Part shown: piece after piece, positions 1 to 9,773 of the stretch
Layout: every line of letters starts with the position of its first letter
How positions within the stretch are numbered: position 1 is the stretch's first letter
NCBI RefSeq assembly: GCF_006345805.1
Contig: NW_021824887.1
Coordinates: 1-17,266, forward strand
DNA: 17,266 nucleotides
DNA from: Octopus sinensis
Lineage: Eukaryota
Reading direction: 5' to 3'
Program-made: the position numbers and the translations under genes
The notes under the pieces: model-generated
The model's database searches: none
What the model saw: the letters and a program-made list of their open reading frames with translations, nothing else
Told to the model about the DNA's origin: nothing

Positions 1-132
1 GTACTTATTCTATCGGACTTTATTGTCGTACCGTTAGTTACAGGGATGTAAACACACCGACATCGGTTGACAAGCAATGATGGAGACAAACACATACACA
101 CATACACACACACACACTCATATATATATATG

Positions 133-181
<49 letters not shown>

Positions 182-360
182 GTATATAATATATATATAT
201 ACGACGGGTTTCTTTCAGTTTCCGTCTACCAAATCCACCCACAAGGCTTTCGTCGGCCCGAGACTATAGCAGAAGACACTTCCTCAAGGTGCCACGAAGA
301 GGGACAGAACCCGGAACCATGTGGTTGGTAAGCAAGCTACTTACCACACAACTGCACCTC
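1..360 (-). mobile_element. CORE-like tRNA-derived SINE (family 1), cut by the window edge, with an internal (TA)/(CA) microsatellite
   Basis: The minus strand reads tRNA-like head gtgtggtaagtagcttgcttaccaaccacatggttccgggttc, then ggcaccttgaggaagtgtcttctgctatagtc (CORE-like) and ggtagacggaaactgaaagaaacccgtcg, then a microsatellite, then the tail half. The same blocks occur at 5069-5405 and 7403-7870. Confidence 0.85.
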
Positions 361-371
361 TATGTATATTT

Positions 372-405
<34 letters not shown>

Positions 406-550
406 TATATATTTATATATATGTATGTATACATTTATATATACATGTACATATATATGTCCCTATATACATATGCATGTACAGACCCTCACACCAACAC
501 ATATACATATATACTTACATACATGCGTACATGCATACATGCATCTGTAT
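361..550. repeat. Compound (TA)n/(CA)n/(TACA)n microsatellite
   Basis: Directly visible; it explains ORFs 289..552, 321..653 and 362..574. Confidence 0.9.
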
Positions 551-798
551 AGATTTGCAAAAGATGTATTGTGATACTGAAGCAACATACGCTACAGAGG
601 AAAGAGTAACTTTCTTGCCCATTTTTAGAGTACGGAGAGATCGACGTAATTAGGAGAGCTAATTAACTTGAAATAACAGTAGATGCTCGCCTTACCCCAA
701 ATAGCATTGGTAAGAGCTATCTCACAGAAGTTATAAAGCAATGAACCAGTTCTCTAAGAAGGTAGTGCACTTAGCATAAACAGCTTGGCAAAGAAATC

Positions 799-1172
799 AG
801 ATCTTTACCTTTTGACCTATAGATTTAAAAAATAATTTTTTGTAACTAAACACTTTTAAACTTCGGACACTGGTAGAATGTGTTAAATAAAACATCTTTT
901 ACTCTTAGCATTTTTGAGAAAAACTTATATTTACGAAATAATTTCACATTAAAGTAGACATATTTCGGTAATTTCAACCAATCAATGACGTGTATTCAGC
1001 TGAATAAAATTACTGCCGTTGTTTGTCCACAACAACTATCGGCGGTGTATTTTTCTCAAAAATGCTAAGAGTAAAAGATGTTTTATGACACATTCTACCA
1101 GTGTCCTAAGTTTGAAAGTGTTTAGTTACAAAATATTATTTTTAAAATCTGCAGGTCAAAAGGTAAAGATCC
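799..1172. mobile_element. Non-autonomous DNA transposon (MITE), 374 bp, with long TIRs and an 8-bp TSD
   Basis: The left arm 799-923 (agatctttaccttttgacc...gcatttttgagaaaaa) is the reverse complement of 1050-1172, with about 8 substitutions and a 2-nt gap by hand count. The direct repeat AAGAAATC lies at 791-798 and 1173-1180. Confidence 0.92.
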
Positions 1173-2356
1173 AAGAAATCTAACAAATTTATGACGGCCG
1201 ACTCTGAAGGTTAGTTCCACGCAAGTCAAGCTTGAAAGGAAGAAAACTTTGACAGAAATGAAGTAGGCTGTGCAAAACTGAGACTGAAGACTATCATATT
1301 AGTGTCAACTGTGAGAGAATGTCTCCTAGTTATTAGTTTATCATGAGACAGAACAGGCGGTCAGAACAATCTGGGACAGAATAACAAAATATACAATAAA
1401 TAGAATGAAATACTTGCAAATAAATACCACTGTAATGAGTGGTGGGTCAAAATAACATTGGTGAAACGTGAAAATGAAAACAGCTACCAAGTTATAACAC
1501 AAGTGACCATGTATTGTGTGGACCCACAACAAAAAAATATGCTCGGCGTGGAAATCAGCGGGCCCCTGGTCACCAATATGATAAGCAAAATACAGGAGAA
1601 AAAGAACATACATTGGCCATTGATAAGGAATTTCCAAATATAGTACCCAAGATAATCTTTCGATTTTTACCTATTATTTTGGGAGCAACAGAATATGTAC
1701 AAATCCGCCCTGAGCGAAATATAGCCGAAGAGGAAGTTTATTGTCAAGGGATTGACAATAAAGTCTGCATACTTCTCATGAGTCTTTGAGACTTCCCATG
1801 AGTCTTTGTTGTCAGTGTGCGCATGTGTCAGTGTGTTGTGCACTGAAGGTAGCCGGCAGTGTTTAGCCTGCCAAAAGAAGCTGCTGTAAGGTAAGACTTT
1901 ACAAAATCTGAGTTGCGCGAACGTTCTCTGCTATTTCTTATTCAGTTTGCTCTTCGTATTCAGGATTACTGCTGTGGACCCCTAGGAAGTTTTGAAGTTG
2001 TTTTCTAGAAAACCTGCTTCATCTGCAGTTTGAATTATATGAGAAAAATCACCTGCCTTGAATCTTTCAAAATCGTATTCCACTTCCATGTTGTACAGAA
2101 GCATTTTCCCACCATTGGCCAAAGTTCTAGTCATCAGTATGGTCCTAGATTGCCACTAAGCTGAATATTGAAGACTTAAGAAAAAGAAGAGAATATTATG
2201 TAGAAGTTGATATGAAGACCTTGTTAAATTCTTCGGCATCCAAACTCAAATATGGATGAGGAAAACATCAGACCGTGGTTGGTGAAAAGAACATACTGAG
2301 GCGTTCGGTCCTTGGTGGACTGATTTTGCGCAAGGATGATGATGTATGCATTATGT

Positions 2357-2396
2357 TTACATACATACATACATGCATACATACATACCTGCGTAC

Positions 2397-2439
<43 letters not shown>

Positions 2440-2482
2440 TATGAATCTGGGGTCCGTCTTATATATATATATGTGTGTGTGT
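2357..2482. repeat. Compound (TACA)n/(TA)n/(TG)n microsatellite
   Basis: Directly visible. Confidence 0.85.
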
Positions 2483-2984
2483 TTGTGTCTGTGTAGAGCT
2501 ATAGTCATCACTATAGTGTCTAAGCTTACTAGTTAGCACCAGCATAGCTAGAAATAAGCGTCAAAACAACTCTTAGCTACAATGAAGTTCCCTACAACCA
2601 TTAGCGACTTCGCTAAGCTGACTCACCTTGTCTATTTATTAAAGTTTATAGATATATACACAGAGTATCCCGTCTAAATTTGATGACTTTCATGTTTTTT
2701 CTTGTTCAGGAAAAACTTGATATATTGAAGAATAGTTTAAGATGGTAGACAGCATAGAAATCAAAGTTGTGGTTGAGAAAAAGTTAGTTGATATGGAGGA
2801 TTGGATGCCATCTGGAGATTGGAAAAGTGTTAGCTGATTATGAAATCCTGGTATCAACCTGCTGACATCAATACTGCTGTTCAATGCACTGTGAATAATG
2901 TAAAATAGATACGAGCATGTCTAGATATGCGATTATATACATGGGAATATATACGTAAAATATACAAATCTGCACATAAATACA

Positions 2985-3495
2985 TACATACATACATACA
3001 TACATACATACATACATACCCTGTTGATGTTGAAATCCCAATGAAGGAGCCTTCGATCTTGGTTAGAAACCGGTTCTTTATTAGCAAGAAATCTTGAAAT
3101 GAACTGAATAATGGCATGCATACATACATATATACGCACGTATATGTATATATATATATATATAGATATATATATATATATATATAATATATATAAATGT
3201 GTGTGTGTAAGTATGTATGTATATATATATACAGATATATTCACTTATATACAGGTATATATATATACAATAGTGTATATGTATGTATATATATATATAT
3301 ATATATATATGCATGTGTATATATATGAATATACATACACACACATATATACACATGTTATACATACATATACATATATACACATATATATATAGTACAT
3401 AGAACATATATACGTACATACATACAAACATATATACATACATACATACATACATGGATACATACATATATACATAACATACATACATATGTTTA
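2985..3495. repeat. Large compound (TACA)n/(TA)n microsatellite field with a short unique interruption (~3020-3112)
   Basis: Directly visible; it explains the Y/I/M/C/V-rich ORFs at 2881-3556. Confidence 0.85.
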
Positions 3496-3863
3496 TATAT
3501 CTTGCTGATAACAGCACACACGCACAGCATACACACGTGACTTTTCTAAATTGCATTAACTACTCATACATACACATAGGCGTATACAAGTCGAAAAACA
3601 CTACCAATATTACACAGATACATATGCGAGTGTGAGTGTGTGTGTATGTTGTTTATATATGTATATATTTATATCTATACACACAAACATTGGTGCATAC
3701 ACAAATCGTAGCATTTTGGTTATACAGACGTGGATGTGTTCATAGGCACAGAGCCATAGATACTGCGCACAGACAGAAGCACTTATCCATTGCAACAAAC
3801 ACACAGACACCGTTTACGCTACGAATTTAGAAGTTCTTAAATATAGATCACGTCACGAATCTG

Positions 3864-4032
3864 AGTGTTCGTGCGTGTGCGCGCGTGTGTGCATGTATGT
3901 GTGTGTGTGTGTGGTGTGTGTGTGTATGCGTGCATGTGTGTGTATGTGTGTGTGCATGTGTGGGAACGTGAGTGAGTGTGTGTGCGCATGTGAATTCGTT
4001 TGTGTGTATGTCTGTGAGTGCATATGTGTATC

Positions 4033-4066
<34 letters not shown>

Positions 4067-4258
4067 TGCGGGTGTGTGTGTGCGTACATGTGTGTGTGCA
4101 TGTGCAAGTATGTGTGTGCGGGTGTATGTATGTGCATGTGCGCATGTATATCTGTGACTGCATGTGTGTGTTTGGGTGTGTGTATGTGTGTGTATATGTG
4201 TGTGTGTGTGGTGTGTGTGTGTGCGAGTGTGTGTGTTTGTGCGTGTGTGTGTGTGTGT
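3864..4258. repeat. Degenerate (TG)n microsatellite, ~400 bp
   Basis: Directly visible; it explains the HT- and CV-repeat ORFs. Confidence 0.92.
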
Positions 4259-4484
4259 TTAACGGTATTTTATAACGCATTACGAACCCAAAGAGCCTTG
4301 ACTGAATAAAGAACTCAATAAATTCCTAGAGTCTAATTATATAATTTCATTGATAGGGATTTCGAAGGATTCGCGGGTCGTGCTGTAAGTATTCATAAAC
4401 GATTACACTTGCGCCTAAGTCTACACGCATGTTTTTATACCTCGTTTCTATACTCACATATATACAGCTAATAGCAGAAACTTA

Positions 4485-4486
<2 letters not shown>

Positions 4487-4548
<62 letters not shown>
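4487..4548. repeat. (CA)n-(CG)7 alternating purine-pyrimidine tract
   Basis: Perfect CA repeat over 4487-4532, followed by cgcgcgcgcgcgcg at 4533-4546. Confidence 0.95.
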
Positions 4549-4674
4549 TTTAATATATATGGATACAAGCGTGACAGTGTGGTTATGGGCAGGCGTGGCC
4601 GGATGGTATGAAACATACATACAAAGGTGAATTTGTGGGTATGTGTCTCGTATTTTATATAGCGAAATTCTCGG

Positions 4675-4835
4675 ACACAGAGTTGGGTTTGTGGTAAGGA
4701 GTTTCATTCCACCAGATCGTTCCAAGTTCAACCCCGCAACATGGCATCTGCATTCAAATTTTAGCCACTGGCCGACCAAAGCCTTGCGAGTAGATTTGGC
4801 AGACGGAAACCGAAAGAAGATCATCATATATATAT
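4675..4835 (+). mobile_element. Degenerate 5' half of the CORE-like SINE (family 1)
   Basis: gtggtaaggagtttcattcccacc...ggccgaccaaagccttgcgagtagatttggcagacggaaaccgaaagaag matches the corresponding blocks at 5069-5220. Confidence 0.75.
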
Positions 4836-4874
4836 CACCACTTTCGTTTTTTCAGTATGTGACCTCGTGAAGAC

Positions 4875-5015
4875 TACCTGCAATTTTTTTTCCCTCTGTC
4901 CTCCCGCCTCGGGATCTTTCTTTCTCCTATGTTTCCGACGAAGAGCGTCCAATAATACTTTATTTGTTCCACATCCTCGCGTTGTTGTCTTTTTGTTTTC
5001 TTGTTTGGATTAACT

Positions 5016-5016
<1 letters not shown>
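4875..5016 (+). mobile_element. Probable Penelope-like element terminal fragment abutting a (TA)n tract
   Basis: ctcccgcctcgggatctttc...tttccgacgaagagc|gtccaataatac...ttggattaact followed by (TA)n resembles, from memory, octopus repeats with a gacgaagagc...cgaaacg core. There is no second copy in the window to confirm it. Confidence 0.4.
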
Positions 5017-5068
<52 letters not shown>

Positions 5069-5072
<4 letters not shown>

Positions 5073-5405
5073 GAGTTGTAAGTAGCTTGCTTACCAACTA
5101 CATAGTTCCGGGTTCAATCCCACTGTGTGGCATCTTGGGCAAGTGTCTGCTACTATATCTTCGGACCGACCAAAGACTTGAGAGTGGATTTAGTAGACGG
5201 AAACTGCGTGGAACCCCGTCGCATATGTGTGTGTGTGTGTATTTGCATGTCTTTATGTTTGTCCTTTACATTGTTTGTGTACGTCCTTGTAATGTAGGAT
5301 TTGGCAACTAAACTTCTAAGCAGTGAAGTTAATTTGTCCCACAACTATCTTCAGTGCGGTTCCACAGCATAACCTCAGTCTAATCGCTGAAACACATGAA
5401 CGAAT
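5069..5405 (+). mobile_element. CORE-like tRNA-derived SINE (family 1), near full length
   Basis: Head gtaagtagcttgcttaccaactacatagttccgggttcaatcccactg (B-box-like ggttcaatccc), CORE-like ggcatcttgggcaagtgtct, an internal (TG)n tract, and a decayed tail ending cagtctaatcgctgaaac. Confidence 0.85.
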
Positions 5406-5414
5406 ATTAGAATA

Positions 5415-5826
5415 TATTTCTTTATTACCCACAAGGGGCTAAACACAGAGAGGACAAACAAGGACAGGAAAAGGGATTAAGTCGATTACATCGACCCAGT
5501 GCGAAACTGATACTTTATTTATCGACCCCAAGAGGATGAAAGGCAAAGTCGACCTTGGCGGAATATGAACTCAGAACATAACGACAGACGAAATACCTAT
5601 TTATTTATTACCCACAAGGGGCTAAACACAGAGGGGACAAACAAGGACAGACATAGGTATTAAGTCGATTACATCGACCCCAGTGCGTAACTGGTACTTA
5701 ATTTATCGACTCCGAAAGGACGAAAGGCAAAGTCGACCTCGGCGGAATTTGAACTCGGAATGTAAAGACAGACGAAATACCGCTAAGCATTTCGCCCGGC
5801 GTGCTAACGTTTCTGCCAGCTCGCCG
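5415..5826 (-). mobile_element. tRNA-derived SINE (family 2, tail A) dimer: head + body/tail (5598-5826), then a headless body/tail (5415-5597)
   Basis: The minus strand reads ggcgagctggcagaaacgttagcacgccgggcgaaatgcttagc-ggtatttcgtc...gagttcaaattcc (B box)...ccccttgtgggtaataaataaata, and then restarts at ggtatttcgtc. Confidence 0.92.
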
Positions 5827-6492
5827 AAAGTATAGACTTTTAACCTTACACCGTGGAACATTCTGCAGAAACGGATACTTCATGTTTTACACTTCACGCA
5901 TACGGTTCACAGTTCGTTGATTAGTCATCAAATTTTAACTAACCCACTTCCAATCTCTCGTTTTTCTTCAAGCAAAGACAATTTTCAGTTATTCATTATC
6001 TAAATATACCACAAACCAGAGCTTCAATATAATGGCTAAACTAATTTGCATACGTGCATATGTCAACGCGGCATGATTAAATAATAAATGATTATTTCTG
6101 CAACATTAACATGTAGTAGAAAATGAGATAAATTTGAATTTAATTATTTAATCATGGCACCGATTGACGTACGGTATGCAAATGAGTTAAGCCATTGCAG
6201 TTAAACACAATTTGTGCTGTATTTAAATGAGGATTTACTTTTTGGGTACTGAGCAGAGAAATGGGTGTGTTAGTATTTTTCCTCTAAAGTGGGTTCATCT
6301 TACCGTAACAGATATCAGGGTATTTTTCCTTTATTTTTCTGTGTACGAAGAGAATAAAAAGAATTATGGACTTCGGTTTTTCTATCAGAGCAAAAAGTTT
6401 TCAAAAAGCTTGTTTATATTTCTTTCAAGTTATCTTAATGTACACTGCTGTTATAGGAATTTATAAACCAAACACACAAACTCACATCTCTT

Positions 6493-6892
6493 AATAATCC
6501 CATCTGCTACAGGCACAAGGCCTGGAATTTTCAGGGAGGGAGTAAGTCGATTATCTCAATTCCAGTGCTAGATCGGTGGTTATTTCATCGACATCGGAAG
6601 TATAAAAAGTAAAGCTGACCCCGATGGAATTTGAACTCAACGTAAAGACGGACGAAATACCTATTTCTTTACTACCCACAAGGGGCTAAACACAGAGAGA
6701 ACAAGCAAGGACAGAGAAACGGATTAAGTCAATTATATCGACCCCAGTGCGTAACTGGTACTTATTTAATTGACCCCGAAAGGATAAAAGGCAAAGTCGA
6801 CCTCGGCGGAATTTGAACTCAGAACGTAACGGCAGACGAAATAGCGCTAAGCATTTTCCCCACTGTGGTAATGATTCTGCCAACTCATCACC
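6493..6892 (-). mobile_element. Composite family-2 SINE: diverged head (6846-6892), well-conserved tail-A unit (6662-6845), diverged tail-B body (6493-6661)
   Basis: Same aaata|ggtatttcgtc junction as at 5597/5598. The distal part ends ccaggccttgtgcctgtagcagatgggattatt, the same tail as at 13423-13450 and 16715-16747. Confidence 0.9.
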
Positions 6893-6947
6893 TTTCACAC
6901 ATATCTTAAGATTGGTAGAAAATAAGTCCGATGTGCAGGGGGCATAT

Positions 6948-7258
6948 GTTGTTGTTGTTTGTTCTTTCTCGTGCCATGCCTGACTCATAAGGGCCGGTTT
7001 CCCGGTTTCATTGGCGTATAAGTTCTCCACCTGAGCGGCACGCCGGTCCGTTGCAGGTGAGCTGCTAGATGCAGGAGGAAAGAGTGAGAGAAAGTCGTGG
7101 CGAAAGAGTCAGCAGAAGTTCGCCATTAACTTCTGCCGGAACCGCGTGGAGCTTAGGTGTTTCGCTTATAAACACAAACAACGCCCGGTCTGAGATTCGA
7201 ACCCGCGATCCCTCGACCGCGAGTCCACTGCTCTAACAACTAGGACATGTGCTTCCAC
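6948..7258 (-). mobile_element. tRNA-derived SINE (family 3) with an (AAC)n tail
   Basis: The minus-strand head gtggaagcacatgtcctagttgttagagcagtggactcgcggtcgagggatcgcgggttcgaatctc has a perfect B box GGTTCGAATC (plus strand 7194-7203). The element ends gaacaaacaacaacaac. Confidence 0.85.
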
Positions 7259-7402
7259 GCTGGAGCTTTGGTTTTCCAGAGGGCTGCATAGAATATTACT
7301 TTGTGTGTATGTGTGTGCATACATGTTTTGTCTTGATTCCTTTCTTTTCTGTTGCTGTCTTACTTTGGAGAGTTAATACACTTATCGTTTTCTTTCTTTT
7401 CT

Positions 7403-7638
7403 TCTTTTACGTGTTTCAGTCATTGGACTGCGGCCATGCTGGAGCACTGCCCCGAAGAGATTAGCTGAACAAAAAAAAAAGAAAAAAAACTAGTACATTG
7501 TTTTATTTTTTTTTTAACCTGGTACTTATTCTATCGGTCTATCTCGCCAAACCGTTAATTTGCGGGGTCGAAAACAAACCAACAACGGTTGTCAATCGGT
7601 AGTGAGGGACAAGCATAAAGACACACATACATATACAT

Positions 7639-7686
<48 letters not shown>

Positions 7687-7870
7687 ACCACACACACATA
7701 CGCACACATATTTGATGGGTTACTTTCAGTTTCTGTCTACCAAATCCATTCACAAGTCTTAGGTCATTTATAATGGAAGACACTAACCCTTCGTTGCACG
7801 CAATGGGATTGAAAACGGAACCATGTGGCTGAGAAACAAAATTTCTACTTGTACGCCTACGCCTACGCCT
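7403..7870 (-). mobile_element. CORE-like tRNA-derived SINE (family 1), full length, with an internal (CA)n tract
   Basis: Plus strand shows tttcagtcattggactgcggccatgctggagcac (tail), ggtacttattctatcggtc, (CA)n, tttcagtttctgtctaccaaatcc and ggaaccatgtgg (head), collinear with 1-360. Confidence 0.85.
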
Positions 7871-7904
7871 GTGTATGCCTGTGTGTATGTAAGAGTGCGT
7901 GCGG

Positions 7905-7935
<31 letters not shown>

Positions 7936-8227
7936 TGTGTGTATGTGTGTGTATGTAGGAATGTGGTTCTTTTCCTCAGTATATACATTCATCCGTGCAT
8001 GTGTGATAACATTGTTCTTTCTACCGTTGTACTACTCCCCTCACATTTTTCTGGACGTAGTAAGCACGATCTTAGGAGGAAATTAGCTGCTCTTTGTCAA
8101 GCGATTAGATATTGGCTCCGTGTTCGCTTGATGCTGGAAGTGCATCTCCTCCATAAATGTTGCGTCTGTATCTTGAAGCTTAATAAAATGAAACTAAGTT
8201 TATCATGTTCCTCATTAGAAAGTGTCT

Positions 8228-8231
8228 ACGA

Positions 8232-8278
<47 letters not shown>
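8228..8278. repeat. (CT)n microsatellite
   Basis: Directly visible. Confidence 0.95.
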
Positions 8279-8282
<4 letters not shown>

Positions 8283-8562
8283 ATTCAACGAAGCTGTTAC
8301 TGAAGAACGTGAGGTATCTACATCGTATACTATTTGGCAGTTTGACGGCTGTGGGCTGTAGGAAGAAAGTCTGAAAAAGGAGGAAACAGACGTGTCTTTT
8401 GCGGAGAATATGTTTGTATACGGGCATGTGTGTGTGTTTGCGTGTGTGTGTGTGTGTGTGTGTGCGTGCGTGTCGTTGTTTAGAAGTGATAACGTAAATA
8501 TTCTTTGTATAAAAAAATAATGCTTCGAGAAATCTTCCAAATGTAAGGTATATCTGGTGTTA

Positions 8563-8642
8563 TTGTTGTTGTTGTTGTTTAGTAACAGGTCAAACCTGGA
8601 TGGAGCAGATCCATCATCAAATACGCTCCAGTCTTGATCACC
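8563..8642 (-). mobile_element. Probable SINE 3' tail fragment ending in (AAC)n
   Basis: (GTT)n run followed by tagtaacaggtcaaacctggatggagcagatccatcatcaaa. Recognised from memory of an octopus SINE tail; degenerate. Confidence 0.4.
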
Positions 8643-9246
8643 CCCCCCCCCCCAACGTACAGGGAAACTAGGACTAAAATATCCAGTGTTCTTTACCATG
8701 ATGATACAGATTTGGTTTCTATCTTTAGCAGGCCGATTGACCGTACATAGGTTCCCGCGTAAGTTCGTGAGGAGTATTAGAATACATAGAATGTGGATCA
8801 GAGAAGGACTCTGTAGATATGCGTTTCTGATGAAATATTAGCGGAGGCAACGTTTTTTCATTTTATGGTCTGAAGAAAGGAGTATCGTCGATGTCACTTG
8901 CTGATCCTCCAAGACAATTGGAACCGTTTCGTCGTCACCGACAAGAAAAATTACGAAGAAGGTAGTAATTCTGGAGAGATGATTTTCTGTAGAAAACGGA
9001 ATGGTCTTAATGGTCAGGTTGCTTTCGTGCGCTACTGGTAACATGTAATCCAGTACAACTTGTTGCATGGTCGGATTGTCGACGACTAAACTGGCAACCC
9101 CGCTATTTGATGAGGAGAGTAATTATTGGATACCCTGAGAAATGAAAAACAAAACCCGACAAAGGCCAGAAGAACTCAGGAGATTCAGCGCCCATTCAAT
9201 ATTGTGTAAGAAACGAAAGGAGATGATAAGGGATGACAACCTTGTA

Positions 9247-9773
9247 GAAGGCTTGGCAAGCCTTCGCTATTCTTCGGCCGGTATGGAAGTCCACTGCTAT
9301 CTCAACTCGAACTAAACTCCGCTTGTTTCGTTCAAACGTACAATCTGTGCTGTTTTTGTATGGCTCTGAAACATGGTGAGCCACATGCAGCAACTACAAG
9401 AAGACCCAGACCTTCATCAACAAATGTCTCCGTCTGAAGTGGTTCGACAGACTGCCAAACACCGACCTGTGGGAAAGGGCCAACCAGGAGCCCATGCATG
9501 TTCAGATTAGACAAAGGAAAAGGAGATGGATCGGACACACACTGCGGAAAGAACCCTCAAATGTGACACGACAAGCACTTGACTGGAACCCGCAGGGGAA
9601 AAGGAAGCGAGGACGCCCGAAGCAGACATTGAAGCGGAGCATTTGGGACGAGCTCAGGACCACCAGCCTAACTTGGGAAGCAGCCAAGAAACACGCCAAT
9701 GACCACAAAAAGTGGAAAACAACTGATAAGGCCCTATGCTCCACTAGGGGCAAAAAGGATTAAGAAGAAGAAG
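9247..9773 (+). mobile_element. 5'-truncated RTE-clade LINE (ORF C-terminus), inactivated, with (GAA)n tail and 8-bp TSD
   Basis: Translates to KAWQAFAILRPVWKSTAISTRTKLRLFRSNV..(frameshift)..LYGSETW*...RRWIGHTLRK...ALDWNPQGKRKRGRPKQT...KD*. The YGSETW, WIGHTLR and GKRKRGRP motifs are typical of RTE. Stop at 9761-9763, tail gaagaagaag, TSD ACCTTGTA at 9239-9246 and 9774-9781. Confidence 0.95.

Noticed and set aside
2655-2900. Possible Tc1/mariner remnant (tacacagagtatccc start, QSPD-like peptide)
   Set aside because: No matching second TIR and no convincing transposase motif were found.
77-4309. Many 60-150 aa ORFs rich in YI, HT, CV and MY
   Set aside because: They are translations of TA, CA, TG and TACA microsatellites, which lack stop codons in several frames.
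7180-7258. Possible tRNA gene on the minus strand (perfect B box)
   Set aside because: I could not pair an acceptor stem, and the sequence continues into a SINE body with an (AAC)n tail.
8760-9200. Complex unique sequence with short open frames
   Set aside because: No recognisable motif in the frames I translated; a BLASTx search would be needed.
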